DNA of 63,101 nucleotides, filler included, from Choristocarpus tenellus KU-1152 (GCA_964200185.2; 14 parts of 14 records of this genome joined end to end with filler, not necessarily neighbours in it); one strand, 5' to 3'. Positions 36,826-49,382 are shown, counted from the first letter of the whole stretch. Notes: a model not told the origin generated them from the sequence alone. Program-made: numbers and translations.

Positions 36826-37060
36826 TACACACACAAAAACAGGAGCAGTGCAGGCAAGAGTCTCTCTTATTCTCTTTTCCCCTCCTTTCCCCTCACCAGA
36901 TTTAGCTATTGTACCACCCGGATTCTTGATCAATGAACCAGCAACAAGGTGTACCCCCATGTGGCAAGGCTCCTGGGCCTCCACAAACTCTCCATAGCAG
37001 TTGTCTACAAACAGTATCAGGTCTCGTTCTGGCCAAGATGCCTTGACATGATCGCATAAC
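34927..37060 (-). CDS. PLP-dependent aluminium-resistance / methionine gamma-lyase family protein (YnbB-like), internal exons 37060-36897, 36632-36523, 35194-34927
   Basis: FVDNCYGEFVEAQEP...AGSLIKNPGGTIAKSGGYVAG...GATLGQNHNLYHGLFLAPTIVGESIKG...RTDIVQ...FCEIVQRNSPV, the family signature including the PLP lysine. Confidence 0.9.
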
Positions 37061-37891
37061 CTGTCGCACCAGCGATAAATAAAACAGTTACACACTAGTT
37101 CGTGCACCCTCTAAAAAAAACAAAGAAACAAGAGGGGAAAAAGCAAAATAATCTATTCTTGTGGTATCAATGACGGATCGACATCGGCATCAAGAATTTG
37201 GACAAAAAAAATACAACTTAAGAAAAAAACCCCAGAGATGTTTAAGACAGTTATCACTGCTGTGAAATAATTCGATAATTCTAAGAGGTACAGCAGTAGA
37301 GTGCAGTACATTGCATTACACTACACCAAAAAGAGGCGATATCACCTACATATATTTTAAATGGTGTTACCCCCCCCCCCTCCCCCCCTCCAAATACAAA
37401 AATAGAAACAGAAACGCAAANNNNNNNNNNNNNNNNNNNNNNNNNNNNNNNNNNNNNNNNNNNNTTAATTAATTAANNNNNNNNNNNNNNNNNNNNNNNN
37501 NNNNNNNNNNNNNNNNNNNNGGGGAAGGGAAGGGAAGGGAAGGGAAGGGAGGGGGTAAAAGTTGCTGCCTCATGTATACATTACAGCATAGAGTAGCATC
37601 AATTTGGGCATATACACAGGTAGAAATGTCCACTGAGCGTTGTCATTCCATTTCAAACGAAAACTCCTCATCTCCCCAATACATACAATGCACAAGAGCA
37701 TCAAGCTTGCTCAAATTATAATAAACACTAATATCTTCAACTAGGTGAGACAAATGCTTGGATATATATATATATATATTACAATCTTGAAAACCCCACT
37801 CAAGCTACAAAAACAACCAACACCATTACCTCCCAACCCCCTCCCCTGCTCTCACACCTCCATCTCACGCCTGGAACCAATCCTGCTTTAC

Positions 37892-40762
37892 CTTTTCAAC
37901 CTGCTCTGCCTTGTACCGCTTGGTCTCATGGCGTGCTCTAGACCGGTACACCTCCTTCTCATCCCCCGTCATTGTTTTCCATATTTCACTCATCATCTGG
38001 AAGAAACACGGATTTGTAAGTTTGCGGGGTTGGCAATCCTAATAGCAAAGGAAAGCATGGCTCTGACATCACCAACCACTCCAAATCCTCCTAACAATCA
38101 TATCAGGGTTCTGTTGGCAACCAATTAGAGCAAGCTAGGGCTCACACGGTTTGCATGCCTGTATCTCTTTTTTCTATTTCATTTGAGAGGTAGGACAGTC
38201 CCTCCAAGACAATTTGGTGGGGGAGGGTAGCTGAGTAGCTCGTCTTTGAACTGCCTCGCAGGTATGGAAGTCATCTGCAATTGTTTGAACCATTTGCTTC
38301 TTATGGCAAAAAAAATCCCAAATATCAGCAAGGAGACCATGCTGAGCACAGCAGAACTAGTGCTCCTGTGGTAAGGCCTGCAACCTTTCCCCCCCTTGAA
38401 AGGTGCAATTAAGCAATGAATCAGAGTACACGGCAAGGCCATCCCAGTCAAAAAGAAACAAATCCTGTGTTATGCACCAACCATCTCAATGTCCACCCAA
38501 AAGGTTGGACTTGCAGGTAGGTCCGGTCCCACAATGAAGAGGTGGGGGGAGGGAGGTTACGACTATCCACACACCTCTGCAATGAGTGACAAGAACAATT
38601 ATATCCAAAAAGGCTCAAGATTGTTTTTTACAACAAATCACAGATGGTTCATACTTCTAGCATCACCCAAGAATGGCATGGTAAGGGTACAGGTAGTGGG
38701 TGAGCAGACAATAAAGGTGGTAAATTTTTTTACCAGAGTCAGTAAAAACGGTCAACGTGGCCTCTGAAAGCCACGGTTCGATCGTCCCAATCTTCCAGTT
38801 ACTCTATAGATCTTCAAAGCCTGGGTAACTTCCAGTTTCTTCTATTCTTCTTTATGTTACAGCAGATCGGTACATCAACAAGTTTGAGGGGCGATCAAGT
38901 CCAATGGACACATACTTCGCATCGCATGCACTCTGCCCGGGTCCCTTCTCAGTCGCTACAACATACTTGGCATTATCGTCAGTTGACAGACTCTTTTAAA
39001 CAACGTAAAAAAATAATAATAAATCAATTGTAGGGGCCCTCCTTCATGTAACACAACTGTTTCAAATCTTTCCAAAAACAAGGAATATACAATATGTTTT
39101 TCATTTGTGGCCTTGGTGCTTAGACTGTATGTTACAATAGCAGCCAGTGCTCGGTACTCTCCCCCAAAAAAACTTATCGCACAGTTTACTCTAAAACTGA
39201 CCTGCAAGTACTACTTACTGTAGAATGGGCCCAAAATCAATTTTGGATTGAAGCAAACACCATGACTCTATTATGACTCCACTACCACTACCACTCCCAC
39301 TGCATCGCCTCATCTCTCTACAATGAAACACTTACATTCTGCTGCAATGCTCCACCACCCTGTTTCTAACTTCTGGAACCCATGGTCCAATAAGAATACC
39401 AATGTTGCAAAAACTGTTCCAACTGCAATGAAGCTACCTCACCTCTTTGAGAGGTGGCTACAGAAATATTTTTCAATTGGAAATGTGTGGGAAGTGTTCT
39501 TGTCCCAATCTCATCCTGGTCGGTCATGCCTATGGGCAGTTGTCAAGTTGAAAAAAACAAGATGATCCTCACAACAAGGGGTTGCCCTAACCAACTTGGA
39601 TGAAACTTCTGAAGACACCATCTCTGACAAGGTGCTGCTAATCCTCCAATGTTCACCACCATCTATGCATCATTAACTATAGGGTGGGAATTGAAAATTT
39701 TTATAAGATTTGTGGTTATCTGTGAGGCTAAAAACATGTGGGTTGCCCACTCTATTATGTTTCTGTGATACGATCAACTCAACTATGATCTCGTTCCAAG
39801 ACTAGAATATAGTGGTGTACACCTTAATTGCAAGGATTTCACAGTTAAAACAGCTCACTTCTACTCCACGCTTGCAAATGAATGACCGGTGGAATGTCAG
39901 GTATAATTTGTGCTCTCGCCTATTGGAAAGTACAACAATGCAACTCTAGATAACATAAACAAAAATCTTCCCGAGAACTGGCACTCATATATATGCCGAC
40001 AGATCTCGCCTTTTGCTGTTGTGGTATTGCCAACTCGGGATTCTCTTGCTTTACTTGCTCCCGGTGGTCCTGGATGAACAGCATCCACGCCGACTGCGGC
40101 TTTGAGAGGTGCTGCCGACGTTCAGGGAGGTAAATGTGTATCAGAGTCATGCCACTACGAGGTCTCTGAGCGATTGGAAGTTTGAAGGCCAAGAGAGCAT
40201 TAATCTAATTGTTAGCTACAGCATCTTCGTAAGTATCGGATTAGATTCATAGGAAGTGACGACTACGAAGATCGACATAGCATAACAACAAAAAGGACTT
40301 CATAACACCTTCTTGCCCAGGACGCTACCCCCTCCTTTGGAACCCACAACAGCGCCATTGGCGGCATTGTCCACAGCATTCGCAACTACAGGTACGTCTC
40401 CACCAGCAACGGTCGCTCCTGACGATGGGCTGCTACGGGTGTCATCGTTGCCCCCGGCATCCTGGGCGTTTGGGCGGTATAGAACAGGTAGGGAGGATGG
40501 AGGTGGCGTTGTTTTGAGGCAACAAGGAATCGAGCAGACCGTGCACCTTGTATGCTTGCTACCGTAGGCCACCCTGTCCAGTACGAATGATTTTATGAGA
40601 GTCAACGAATCAGGCGTGACTAGAGGGTACAGGGAAACGAGCATATCAGTGATGGATCCCAGTGTCTCAATAGAGGTCATCCTGCTTAGTCCAGGTCGCC
40701 AACTTTAAATCGTGTCATCTTTCATATGAGCGTCAAGAGGAGGAGAAAGGACTCACATCCAT
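37892..40762 (-). CDS. HMG-box protein, 5' part (exons ~40762-40757, 40461-40309, 40111-40010, 37996-37892)
   Basis: Spliced HLSKPQSAWMLFIQDHREQVKQENPELAIPQQQK|MMSEIWKTMTGDEKEVYRSRARHETKRY forms a complete HMG box; needs a GC donor at 40009; start codon tentative. Confidence 0.85.
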
Positions 40763-41159
40763 CCCCTTGATGTAAGAAGAACAACCAACTATTCCCACGT
40801 GGTTCTGATTATCTCTCGCCCTCTTCCCTTTTAGCTCGCAACCCTATTGAGGATCTCTTCCCTTACCTTTTTGTGGAAACTCCAGGCTGCGGGTAAGAAG
40901 AAAACGCGGTATACGCGATACAAATAATGAAGATACTTAGTGAGTAAGACGGCGACTATCCTCGTTGATGTAGAGGGTTCGAACCCCTTCGATACTATAG
41001 GTTTTTCGCGGAAATATGCTTTCGATTATGCTGTTCCACATGGCAAGCACAAAGGAATTGTATACCTCTAGTCAGACTAACTTTGTTGTGATATATGCCC
41101 CAACAGAAGAGGCCTTAGAAACGGCCAAGGATACTTTCTGGGAGAAAATCTATACTACC

Positions 41160-41741
41160 GTGGTATCGCAGACTCCATCAGGATAGCCTCTTTATTCTAA
41201 TTGGTGCAAACATTGCACTGAAAAGAAGTTGAGGGAGGTGGGGATCGCGACGACACGATTCTTGGGGCATATATACGAGATGTGTTGGATAATAATGGTG
41301 AGCGCATGCGTGTTGGTGTTTGCAGTGACTCGCACTTACCAGCACATTTTCCACACGCACAGGAAGGGGGAAGGGGGGTGTTAGTGGACGATCTGTATGA
41401 GTGGGTGCATGTGGAAGAGAATTGGTTTTTTACATACTCAAAGATGGGTACGGTGTGCACGTGCACCCAACTGAGGAACCCCCCATACCCTCATGGGCAC
41501 AGAATAAGTGTTACGTCACGAAGGTGATATTCCTTGCAGCTGTGGCTCGTCCTAGGAAGCTCTTCAATGGGGTGTGATTTGATGGGGGAATTGGAATCTG
41601 GTCAAACCGTGGACACAAAGGTACTCCAGCAAACATCGGCCCAATGGCACCAAGGTGCTTGTGACAGCCACGGTGGACGGGGAGAGGTATAAGAAGCTCA
41701 TGATCGAGGATGTCATCCTGGCAATCAAGGGCCGTGTGCTA
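41160..41741 (+). pseudogene. Mariner transposase fragment, same family as 108-1075
   Basis: VLVDDLYEWVHVEENWF and nucleotide similarity to ~350-690; ends abruptly at TA|CAGGCGAATAG. Confidence 0.8.
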
Positions 41742-42442
41742 CAGGCGAATAGCGCGAGTATTTCTCCTCGTATTTTAGCAAAAACGAACATTTGTTACAG
41801 GCGAATAGTGCAAGCATTGTTTCTCGCGTTCTAACAAGTGCGAACAGTATACGAGATTAGTGACACAAAGACAGCCTCATAGAATAAAAGCTGATTTCGT
41901 AGAAGATACAGAGTAAGATTCGTAATGCATACGATACATTACAGAAGAAAACGTGCGCAGGTCACCAAGTGGAGCGGTACAGCAAGGCAAGAATTCAACA
42001 TATTCCACAGGTCTCAACAGGAAAGAGCTGTAGCCATGAATAGTGAAAGACATGGTGAGTCGGACCATTTGAGATGTAGGCAGGTTTGGATCCTTTTGCA
42101 TTCTAAGCCATCTTTCGTACCCTGTGCAATACACTCTATTTCATTGCTTTATGTGCACCATAGTGTACACAAAATTGATACCCCTATTCCACACACAAAG
42201 TGATAACACAATTGATCACAGACTCTTTCTTCAAATGTGCGAAATAACATATTTTCGCTTTTTCTCAGGATCCTTAAACTGCAACTCTGCCAACCTCTCA
42301 GTTGGTTTGACTCTGTTGAGTTCTGGATAGTGACACCCTGTGACCAATATGTGGTTCTGTGACCTCTGACACGTTCTGCAGTCACTCTTCTGGGTGTATT
42401 GTGATGAAAAAAAATGGAATATGAACCTTTTCTGTTCAGTTA

Positions 42443-44134
42443 CTCCCTCTGTCCCATAGGTCTGGGCCATTAACTTGTAGCTCTTCGGGATGACCTCCAA
42501 TTACAAAACGAACCTGTGCTTTGGGTTCCTTGGAATATTTTACATTAAAAACTATGCCTTTTCTTTATTCGACACTGTCAACCCACCAATCCAGGGCAAC
42601 CACGGAGGCCGCTCATTTTGCTTCCACTGATCTAGCTAACTCACCCTCCTGCTACATTTTTTATCCTGGTGTGCTCTCTCTCGAGATCATTCCCCCCTAG
42701 CGCCCTTAACACCTGATCGTACCTCTTAAACAGACTCTGCTACACCCTCTCGAGCGTGTCTGCATCGTACGAGTGGAACATGCTTGAAACCCCCTCTACA
42801 AGTTCATCAACGGTGCTGTAGCACTCTGCGCAAACCCTGCTCTTCAGAGATGCAAAACATCCCAAATCATTGATGTTGAGATCCAGCAACTGCACTGGCT
42901 GTGTCACAAGCTTCATGTTCCATCGCTCCTCCATCCCTGCTGGGTTCAGCTTCTGCACCGTGCCCTCGGCCCTATGCGGGGCCACGCCATCCTGCTGTAT
43001 GGAAGCCCCCCCCCATTCCAGACACGACATTCTTTCCTTAATCGCTGGCATCAGCTGCTCCGTGTACCACTCAAGGCACAGCTCAGCGTCGATGGTGACA
43101 TCGACCTCATACTCCTCATCCTTCATGTACCGCGCTGTAGTCCGTTGTGCCTCCTTCGTGTTGCAAACCCGCCAGATGCCGATCTTGCTGTCGAAATCAT
43201 GGGAAGGACTCGGGTGCAAAACGGCGGAGATGAAGATCACTTTGGGAATATGACTCTTGTTCTGCACCTTCATCGAGCCCACCATTTCCTCCCCCGGGAA
43301 AACGTACACCATCTCTAATTTGCGGATGAGGTAGAGCCACACCTTGTCGATGTGAATGGTCAGTCCTATAGGTTTTGCGGTTGCAGGAAATGTCGTCGAC
43401 GATGAAGTCCATCCTGTTCTTCTTGTGAGAAAACAAAAGGCTAGGGATGACACGCTGCTGAACCCTCGTTGCCCCCATGTCTTCAAGTCAGCGATGAAGA
43501 TTTGAGCTGCCAACTGCGAGGCTCGCTTCGCCGCAAGTTGGTCGATAGTCAGCATGCAATTACTGGTGTTGATTTTCCAGATCTTTGCTAGTTTCGTTGG
43601 TGTAAAGTACGACAGCCGTCCAGATCGTGCTTGTGATTTCAGGGAGGTGGTATTCCCGCTGTCTAACTGTTCTTTGACGCCCGCCCACACCCATCTAGGG
43701 TGTCTCTCTCCCACTCCAAACTCTTTCAACAACATAGACCCCACACACCTCAGGAGTCTCTCGTGACCCGGACAAAGAGCCAATGCGTAACGCAGAGCAA
43801 GTGTGGTCCGACCTTCCTTGTTCAGCTCATAGTTCTTTCCCCGAGACGGTGGGCTTCGTGCTGGGGGATGGGCTGTGGGGGCTCACCATGGGGGTTGTGA
43901 GAGTGTTGTGCGACTCCACGCTGCACCAGGAACATCGAAAAATATAAAAATACGCACCATTCTATGTTCATTTCTTTCGCAACCATTTCAGAACAGAATT
44001 CTTTGTAGAATCCTTTGAACATTAGTTTTTGAATGTAAAATACTCCAAGGAATTCAACGCAAAAGTTCGTTTTGTAATCGGAGATATCCCAAAGAGCTAC
44101 AACTTAACGGCCCAGACCTATGGGACAGAGGGAG
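42443..44134 (-). mobile_element. Full-length mariner-like element (~1.7 kb), ~110-bp imperfect TIRs, TA TSD
   Basis: TA|CTCCCTCTGTCCCATAGGTCTGGGCC ... GGCCCAGACCTATGGGACAGAGGGAG|TA (Stowaway/plant-mariner-type ends). Confidence 0.93.
42740..43783 (-). CDS. Mariner DD40D transposase, probably defective
   Basis: 347-aa ORF with IHIDKVW, KSHIPKVIF, KIGIW, QQDGVAPH and QPVQLLDLNINDLG; 40 residues between the 2nd and 3rd Asp; SPDLN motif degraded. Confidence 0.88.
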   Translation of the reverse strand: MALCPGHERLLRCVGSMLLKEFGVGERHPRWVWAGVKEQLDSGNTTSLKSQARSGRLSYFTPTKLAKIWKINTSNCMLTIDQLAAKRASQLAAQIFIADLKTWGQRGFSSVSSLAFCFLTRRTGWTSSSTTFPATAKPIGLTIHIDKVWLYLIRKLEMVYVFPGEEMVGSMKVQNKSHIPKVIFISAVLHPSPSHDFDSKIGIWRVCNTKEAQRTTARYMKDEEYEVDVTIDAELCLEWYTEQLMPAIKERMSCLEWGGASIQQDGVAPHRAEGTVQKLNPAGMEERWNMKLVTQPVQLLDLNINDLGCFASLKSRVCAECYSTVDELVEGVSSMFHSYDADTLERV

Positions 44135-44800
44135 TATATGGTGTTCCTCATTAATCAAACAGGAAGCCAATCGAATTGTCGTGATTCACAACCTAATCGT
44201 AAGCTTATTAGTCTTATTTCCAAATACACTTTCGCACTACTACTTGTTGATGTAAATGATCTTGTAGATCTTTACATTGTTTTGGTTTTGTGGTATTCTT
44301 GTATTCTATTCTGTGTGTTTCTTCTTTAGACTATTGATGTTGCATTTGTTGTTTTCTGTGCTTTATGTGTCTTCTTTCTCCTACATGACCATGTTTGCAT
44401 AGTGCGAGTGCACATTATATCATAAATTTAGTGAATAGGTGTAACAATCAGTGTCAGAAGCTAGTTTTCTAGGTTCTTCAAAGCGTTTTACCAACTGCTA
44501 CAGATTGTCACACTCGCTAAAAGATCTCAAGACCTTTTTTAAAGGCACAATTGGTAACAGTGACGGGTGTGTGCCCCTGTTAAAAAAAAACCCCTGAAGA
44601 ACCGAAGGATGAAGTTATATTAATGATATGGGCATAATAATAAAATATAGTATCACTACCTTGTACCAAGTCGTGTTCACCCTCATCCATCAAATTGTAC
44701 CAATTACTCTATGGAACCTCTCCGTTTGACCTCTGATAGGGTTGTGCTTGATGGATTGCTGGCATCGATATGTCCAACAGGGCCTATTTTTCACGAGAAA

Positions 44801-45084
44801 GAGCCCAATCATCTTAGAGGGTAGGGCCGCGTCCGTTTGGGGGCCAAAATCCAATGTTGCAATTTTGATGCAATTTTGCCTATCGTGTTTGTTAGGAGGT
44901 GTCAATATCCTTGTTCCAGACACACCTTTTCATAGCTTTATACATTATACCTACTCCAAAGCGTATACATTTTACCTAATCTGACACGTTTTGGAGTAGG
45001 AAAATATCATAAAATACCTATGGGAAGGCAAGCTCCAAACAGACAAACAGTACAAAGCTCCTACCCTCTCAAAAACTTTGACTC
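44801..45084. mobile_element. MITE family A, diverged copy with a small internal duplication
   Basis: Family A body; flanks GAAA/GAAT; another TIR (GACTCAAAGTATCTGGGG) starts at 45105. Confidence 0.85.
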
Positions 45085-46103
45085 GAATACGATGTTGAAT
45101 ATCTGACTCAAAGTATCTGGGGGGGGGGGGGGGGGGGAACAACAAGGGGGGCACTTAGGCCGGGGCGAGCGGAGAGAGGAGATAAATATTCAACACNNNN
45201 NNNNNNNNNNNNNNNNNNNNNNNNNNNNNNNNNNNNNNNNTTAATTAATTAANNNNNNNNNNNNNNNNNNNNNNNNNNNNNNNNNNNNNNNNNNNNCGCC
45301 CAGTCCCCCTCCCTCCCCCCCCAAAAAAAAGGACACCTGTATTGGGTAACTGTCTATCTGTAACTGTCTATCTGTAACTGTCAATCAGTAACTGTACGAC
45401 TCTTGTGTGTTCTGTGCGATTGTGAAATGGTGGAGTGCGATGGCACAGTACGCTGTAAATGTGAATCTGTAACTCCCACAACCCTCAGCAAAAAAATAAC
45501 AAGCAACAAATAAAAAATAAAAAATGAAAAAGTGGATACGTGCGCATGATCAATAACTGTGAAAGTGCAGATGATGCTAAACTAATATACACAGTACCAC
45601 ATCATAAAATGTTATCATTTATCATTGATCGATATCGCCTTTAATCCGCAACACCTCCACTACCTTCACCCTACCTACTCCTGATAACCCATGGTTAGAT
45701 GGTCGTACACACTCCACTTCTCCTTCACCCTAAAACCCTACCCGCTGCACTGTAAATATTAGTAACTGTAACTATCAGTAACTGCACTACCCCATAAGTG
45801 CCTTGATCCTTTCTCACAATGTTGTCGCAGCCATCCCAAAGTGCATTGCTCCATCTCCCCCCTCGAAATTAGTGCATGCACTCTCCATCTGCAACAAATC
45901 TTCAACACAAATCTTCAACGCGAATCTTCAACGCGAATCTTCGCCACCATGATCCAGATCATTCCGCACGTCCTTTTTTTTGTTATTTAGTACAAGATAG
46001 CAAGGTATAGGTATACCTTCCCATTGCACTTGCCACGCGGTACATAGAAATCAAAAATTTCCTGCAAAGAAAACCTGACTCTCTAACCGGCGTTCCAACC
46101 CAG

Positions 46104-46172
46104 GCATTCCCCTGACATTCCCCTGACATTCCCCTGACATTCCCCCTGACATTCCCCCTGACATTCCCCTGA
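46104..46172. repeat. Minisatellite CATTCCCC(C)TGA, ~6 copies
   Basis: 11-12-bp tandem units; a ~31-bp duplication follows at ~46221-46283. Confidence 0.85.
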
Positions 46173-46449
46173 CAAAAGTGCGGGCAGACAGGCACCTGAG
46201 CTACATCGAGAAACTCATTATGCGCTATATTACACATCTGTCCATGTAGTGCGCTATACGTTACACATCTGTCCATGTAGTGCGGGGACAGATTCGAACA
46301 GTGTAGTTCAACTTTTACACGGTAAGTCCTGTTTATATGTGGTACAGTTCTTGTTGTACCTTCAATAATAGTCGATGGTACAATGGTAAGACGTATCAGT
46401 TATCCTTAGAGAAAAAACTTACCATCTAAAATAACACATTCCAGATAGC

Positions 46450-46790
46450 ACCCTGACTCTAACCCTATCCCTAACCGTAACCCTATCCCTCCTTGTTGAG
46501 GGTACAAACATATTGCTCAATTGTAGTTAAATCAAAATCATATCCCTCAACTTAGCTGCAACCCTAACCATAACCACAACCCTAACCCCAACCCCAACCC
46601 AATAACCTTACCCCAACCAGCCCCAACCCCATACCCGTACCCCAGCTAAGCTACAACACATGCTATTCACCCATCTCCAACACAATGGCACATACTATAT
46701 CATCACTACCAAGAAACAACCACGTATCCCTAACTCCAAGCCCCAGCCAAAATACCCTAACCCTAACCCTAAGCCTAACCTTAACCTTGA
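46450..46790. repeat. Degenerate interstitial CCCTAA (telomere-like) hexamer tracts
   Basis: Multiple CCCTAA/CCCCAA/CCTTAA runs; also GTTAGGGTTAGGGTT at ~47546-47560. Confidence 0.7.
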
Positions 46791-46985
46791 CTCACTTCAA
46801 CCCTCTAATACTAAAAATCCCTGCCAAACCCATTATAGTCCTATATATACAAAACATACAAACCCAAACACATCTCAGATCTATAGCAAAACCTCATAAA
46901 CAATACACACCAAATATATATGCGTGTGTGTGTGTGTGTGTGTGTGTGAATAACACACCAACTTCCACCCACACCATGATCTCAC

Positions 46986-49282
46986 CTCGATGCAATAACA
47001 TCGGAAGCAACAACTTCCGAAGCAGCATGGGAAGCAGAAACAACCCTCACCAGAGAAACATGCCCCTGCCCTGGGTCTCCTTCTCTTCCTCCCATCTCCC
47101 CCTTAACCCTCAGCCCACCAGGAGTCAGTCCCCCCTCCTCCCTCACACCCTCACCACTTTGCACTCCATCTTCATCCCGATCCCCTCCGCTAAGACCACC
47201 AGTACTATCATTGGTAGTATCATTGGCACTATCATTGGTACTATCATCGGTTCTGGTACCACAAGAAAGTTTGCGGTCTGTGGTCCAGGTACTGCTGCCC
47301 GTGAGCCTCGAAGGTACCTTTGGGCTTGGAGTTCTCAATGGCTGGGAGGCGGAGAAAAAGCGACAGCCGCCAGGAGCGGAAGGGTCGGGCACACGAACAA
47401 CAGACAGTGGGGGGTTCCACCTTGCAAGGCGTGTTCGGCGATTGTAGAAATACCTGTTGGGGGAGGAAGGAGGGGGGAGGGGGGAGCCAAGGAGATTTAG
47501 TACACGAAGGCATTTTTTGAATCGGATGCTGCAAAGTACTAAGCAGTTAGGGTTAGGGTTCAAATTGAACTCGGCCTCAGGGAATCAATCCAAAATGGCA
47601 AGTCAGAGATATTGTAGGTAGTCCAGGAAAGAAGGGTGTACTCCCAGAGGCTCTCCTCCTGTACCAAAAGCACATTACATATCACGTGAGTAGCTTCCCC
47701 GGCTGTGCCCACCTTGCCAATGAAATGAGATTCTTCAAGGAAAAAAAAAATGCAGCAATCGGGAGTTGAACCTCCGAACCATTCTTCAAAGGGGATCGGT
47801 GTCACCCACAAGAGGACGGTTGAAGCCCTCACCCTCTATCAGGTACTGTGCCAGCCGTGCTCGTTATTTGTTCATTTCGTACTGGTTTGGTTTGTTGTTT
47901 TGTGTGGTTGATCGAGAGTCAGAAGTACTGAACCATGTACTAAGAAGTACTGAACCATCTACTAAGAAGTACTGAACCATCTACTAAGAAGTACTGAACC
48001 ATCTACTAAGAAGTACTGAACCATCTACTAAGAAGTACTGAACCATGTACCAAGAAGTACTGAACCATGTACCCAAGAAGAATAGGCACCCTGTCCAGAC
48101 AGGTTCAAGGGACATTATCGGAACCAGCCAATAGACCAACCGGTGTTTCAAGAACCTCTGACAGACAAGAAACAGAAACATCCTTCAGTGTTGGCATACA
48201 CATCACGTATCACAGAACAAGACCGTCCTAAGAGGCTATGAATACTACGACTGCGCACTTGCCTCTTTCCATCCTCTGAATACGCCTCCTTCCACTCGTC
48301 TCCCAAACCAGCCCCCACCCCTTCTCCTTCCCCTGTCCCGATCCTTGGCCCCTCCCCACCCCCATCCCAGCGTCCTTTCCCATCTCCACCTTCGAGTCCG
48401 TTTCCATCGCTTCCGTCTCCAATTCCATTCCCCCCTCCCTGAGAACTGCTGCAGTTACTGTTGCTGCTGCTCTCCTTGCTCTCAAAAAAAATACCACCTT
48501 CGGATTTGTGTGTAGTGGGGCTTCTGTGTATATCTGTCGTAGCTACCATCTCAGCCCTGTGGCCGGCTACGGGAAGCACGATATCAACAGTGGTAGTAGT
48601 TGTAGTAGTAGTAGCAGTAGTAGTAGCAGCAGCAGCAGTGGTGGTGGTTTCATTTTTTTTCTTATTTATCTGTTGTAACAAGTTTGCCCTCTCGTGGTTC
48701 TGTTGTTCACCTGTCTTCAACTCTTGAAGAGCAACTCCACCTTAGTGACAACAACATGAAACAGGTCAAAAGTTGACGCGTCAGTAATTTTTGATGATAC
48801 AGGGGTGGAAAGGCGTATCCTACTGGTTCAATGTCACACACGAGCTATTCCACTAGGATAAAGCCATTCCTCTTAGCAGTGCGAAGGCTTCCTATTGGCT
48901 CAGTGTGACGCACAGGCTATTCTATTGGTCGAAATAAACAATGCTGCTTTCTATACACCATGTCCCCTCTTAACGCTTCGATGACAACCCACCTGCCAAA
49001 GCAGGCAAGCATCCACCATCCATGTGCATGGAAATCCCACCAATAGCAGTATGCGGGTCATCATCACAATCATGTCTCTGTATCTTCCATGAAGTGATGT
49101 CATCATCACCCCTTCTGGAGGCAATGGCATTGACATTACCATCCCTAACCCTAGGCATCATACCCAAACTCTCATCGTGGAGATTGTCCTTGGAGGGTGC
49201 TTTTCTCATCATACCCTCCTGCAGCCCTAACCCCAACCCTCCCCTTTCATCTTCCCGTGGCCCCAGCACCAACCCAGAGCCC
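46986..49282 (-). CDS. WW-domain-containing low-complexity protein, internal exons (gap-48993, 48740-48263, 47453-46986)
   Basis: Splicing through a GC donor rebuilds LGDEWKEAYSEDGKRYFYNRRTRLARWNPP, a canonical WW domain. Confidence 0.82.
47921..48075. repeat. 22-bp minisatellite AGAAGTACTGAACCAT(C/G)TACTA, ~7 copies, intronic
   Basis: Head-to-tail near-identical units with no spacers. Confidence 0.93.
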
Positions 49283-49382
49283 NNNNNNNNNNNNNNNNNN
49301 NNNNNNNNNNNNNNNNNNNNNNNNNNTTAATTAATTAANNNNNNNNNNNNNNNNNNNNNNNNNNNNNNNNNNNNNNNNNNNN

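Noticed and set aside
42443-44134. Fanzor/TnpB cargo in the mariner or Sola elements
   Set aside because: No RuvC/zinc-finger TnpB-like ORF seen; the mariner has room only for its transposase
46450-46790. True chromosome end
   Set aside because: Repeats are degenerate, short and internal to a contig next to an exon
46685-47500. 271-aa plus-strand ORF, and similar ORFs at 8328-8855, 21901-22215 and 48461-48727
   Set aside because: Antisense shadows of real exons, or translations of microsatellite and CCCTAA repeats
47921-48075. CRISPR array
   Set aside because: Units are contiguous with no unique spacers, there are no cas genes, and it lies in a eukaryotic intron
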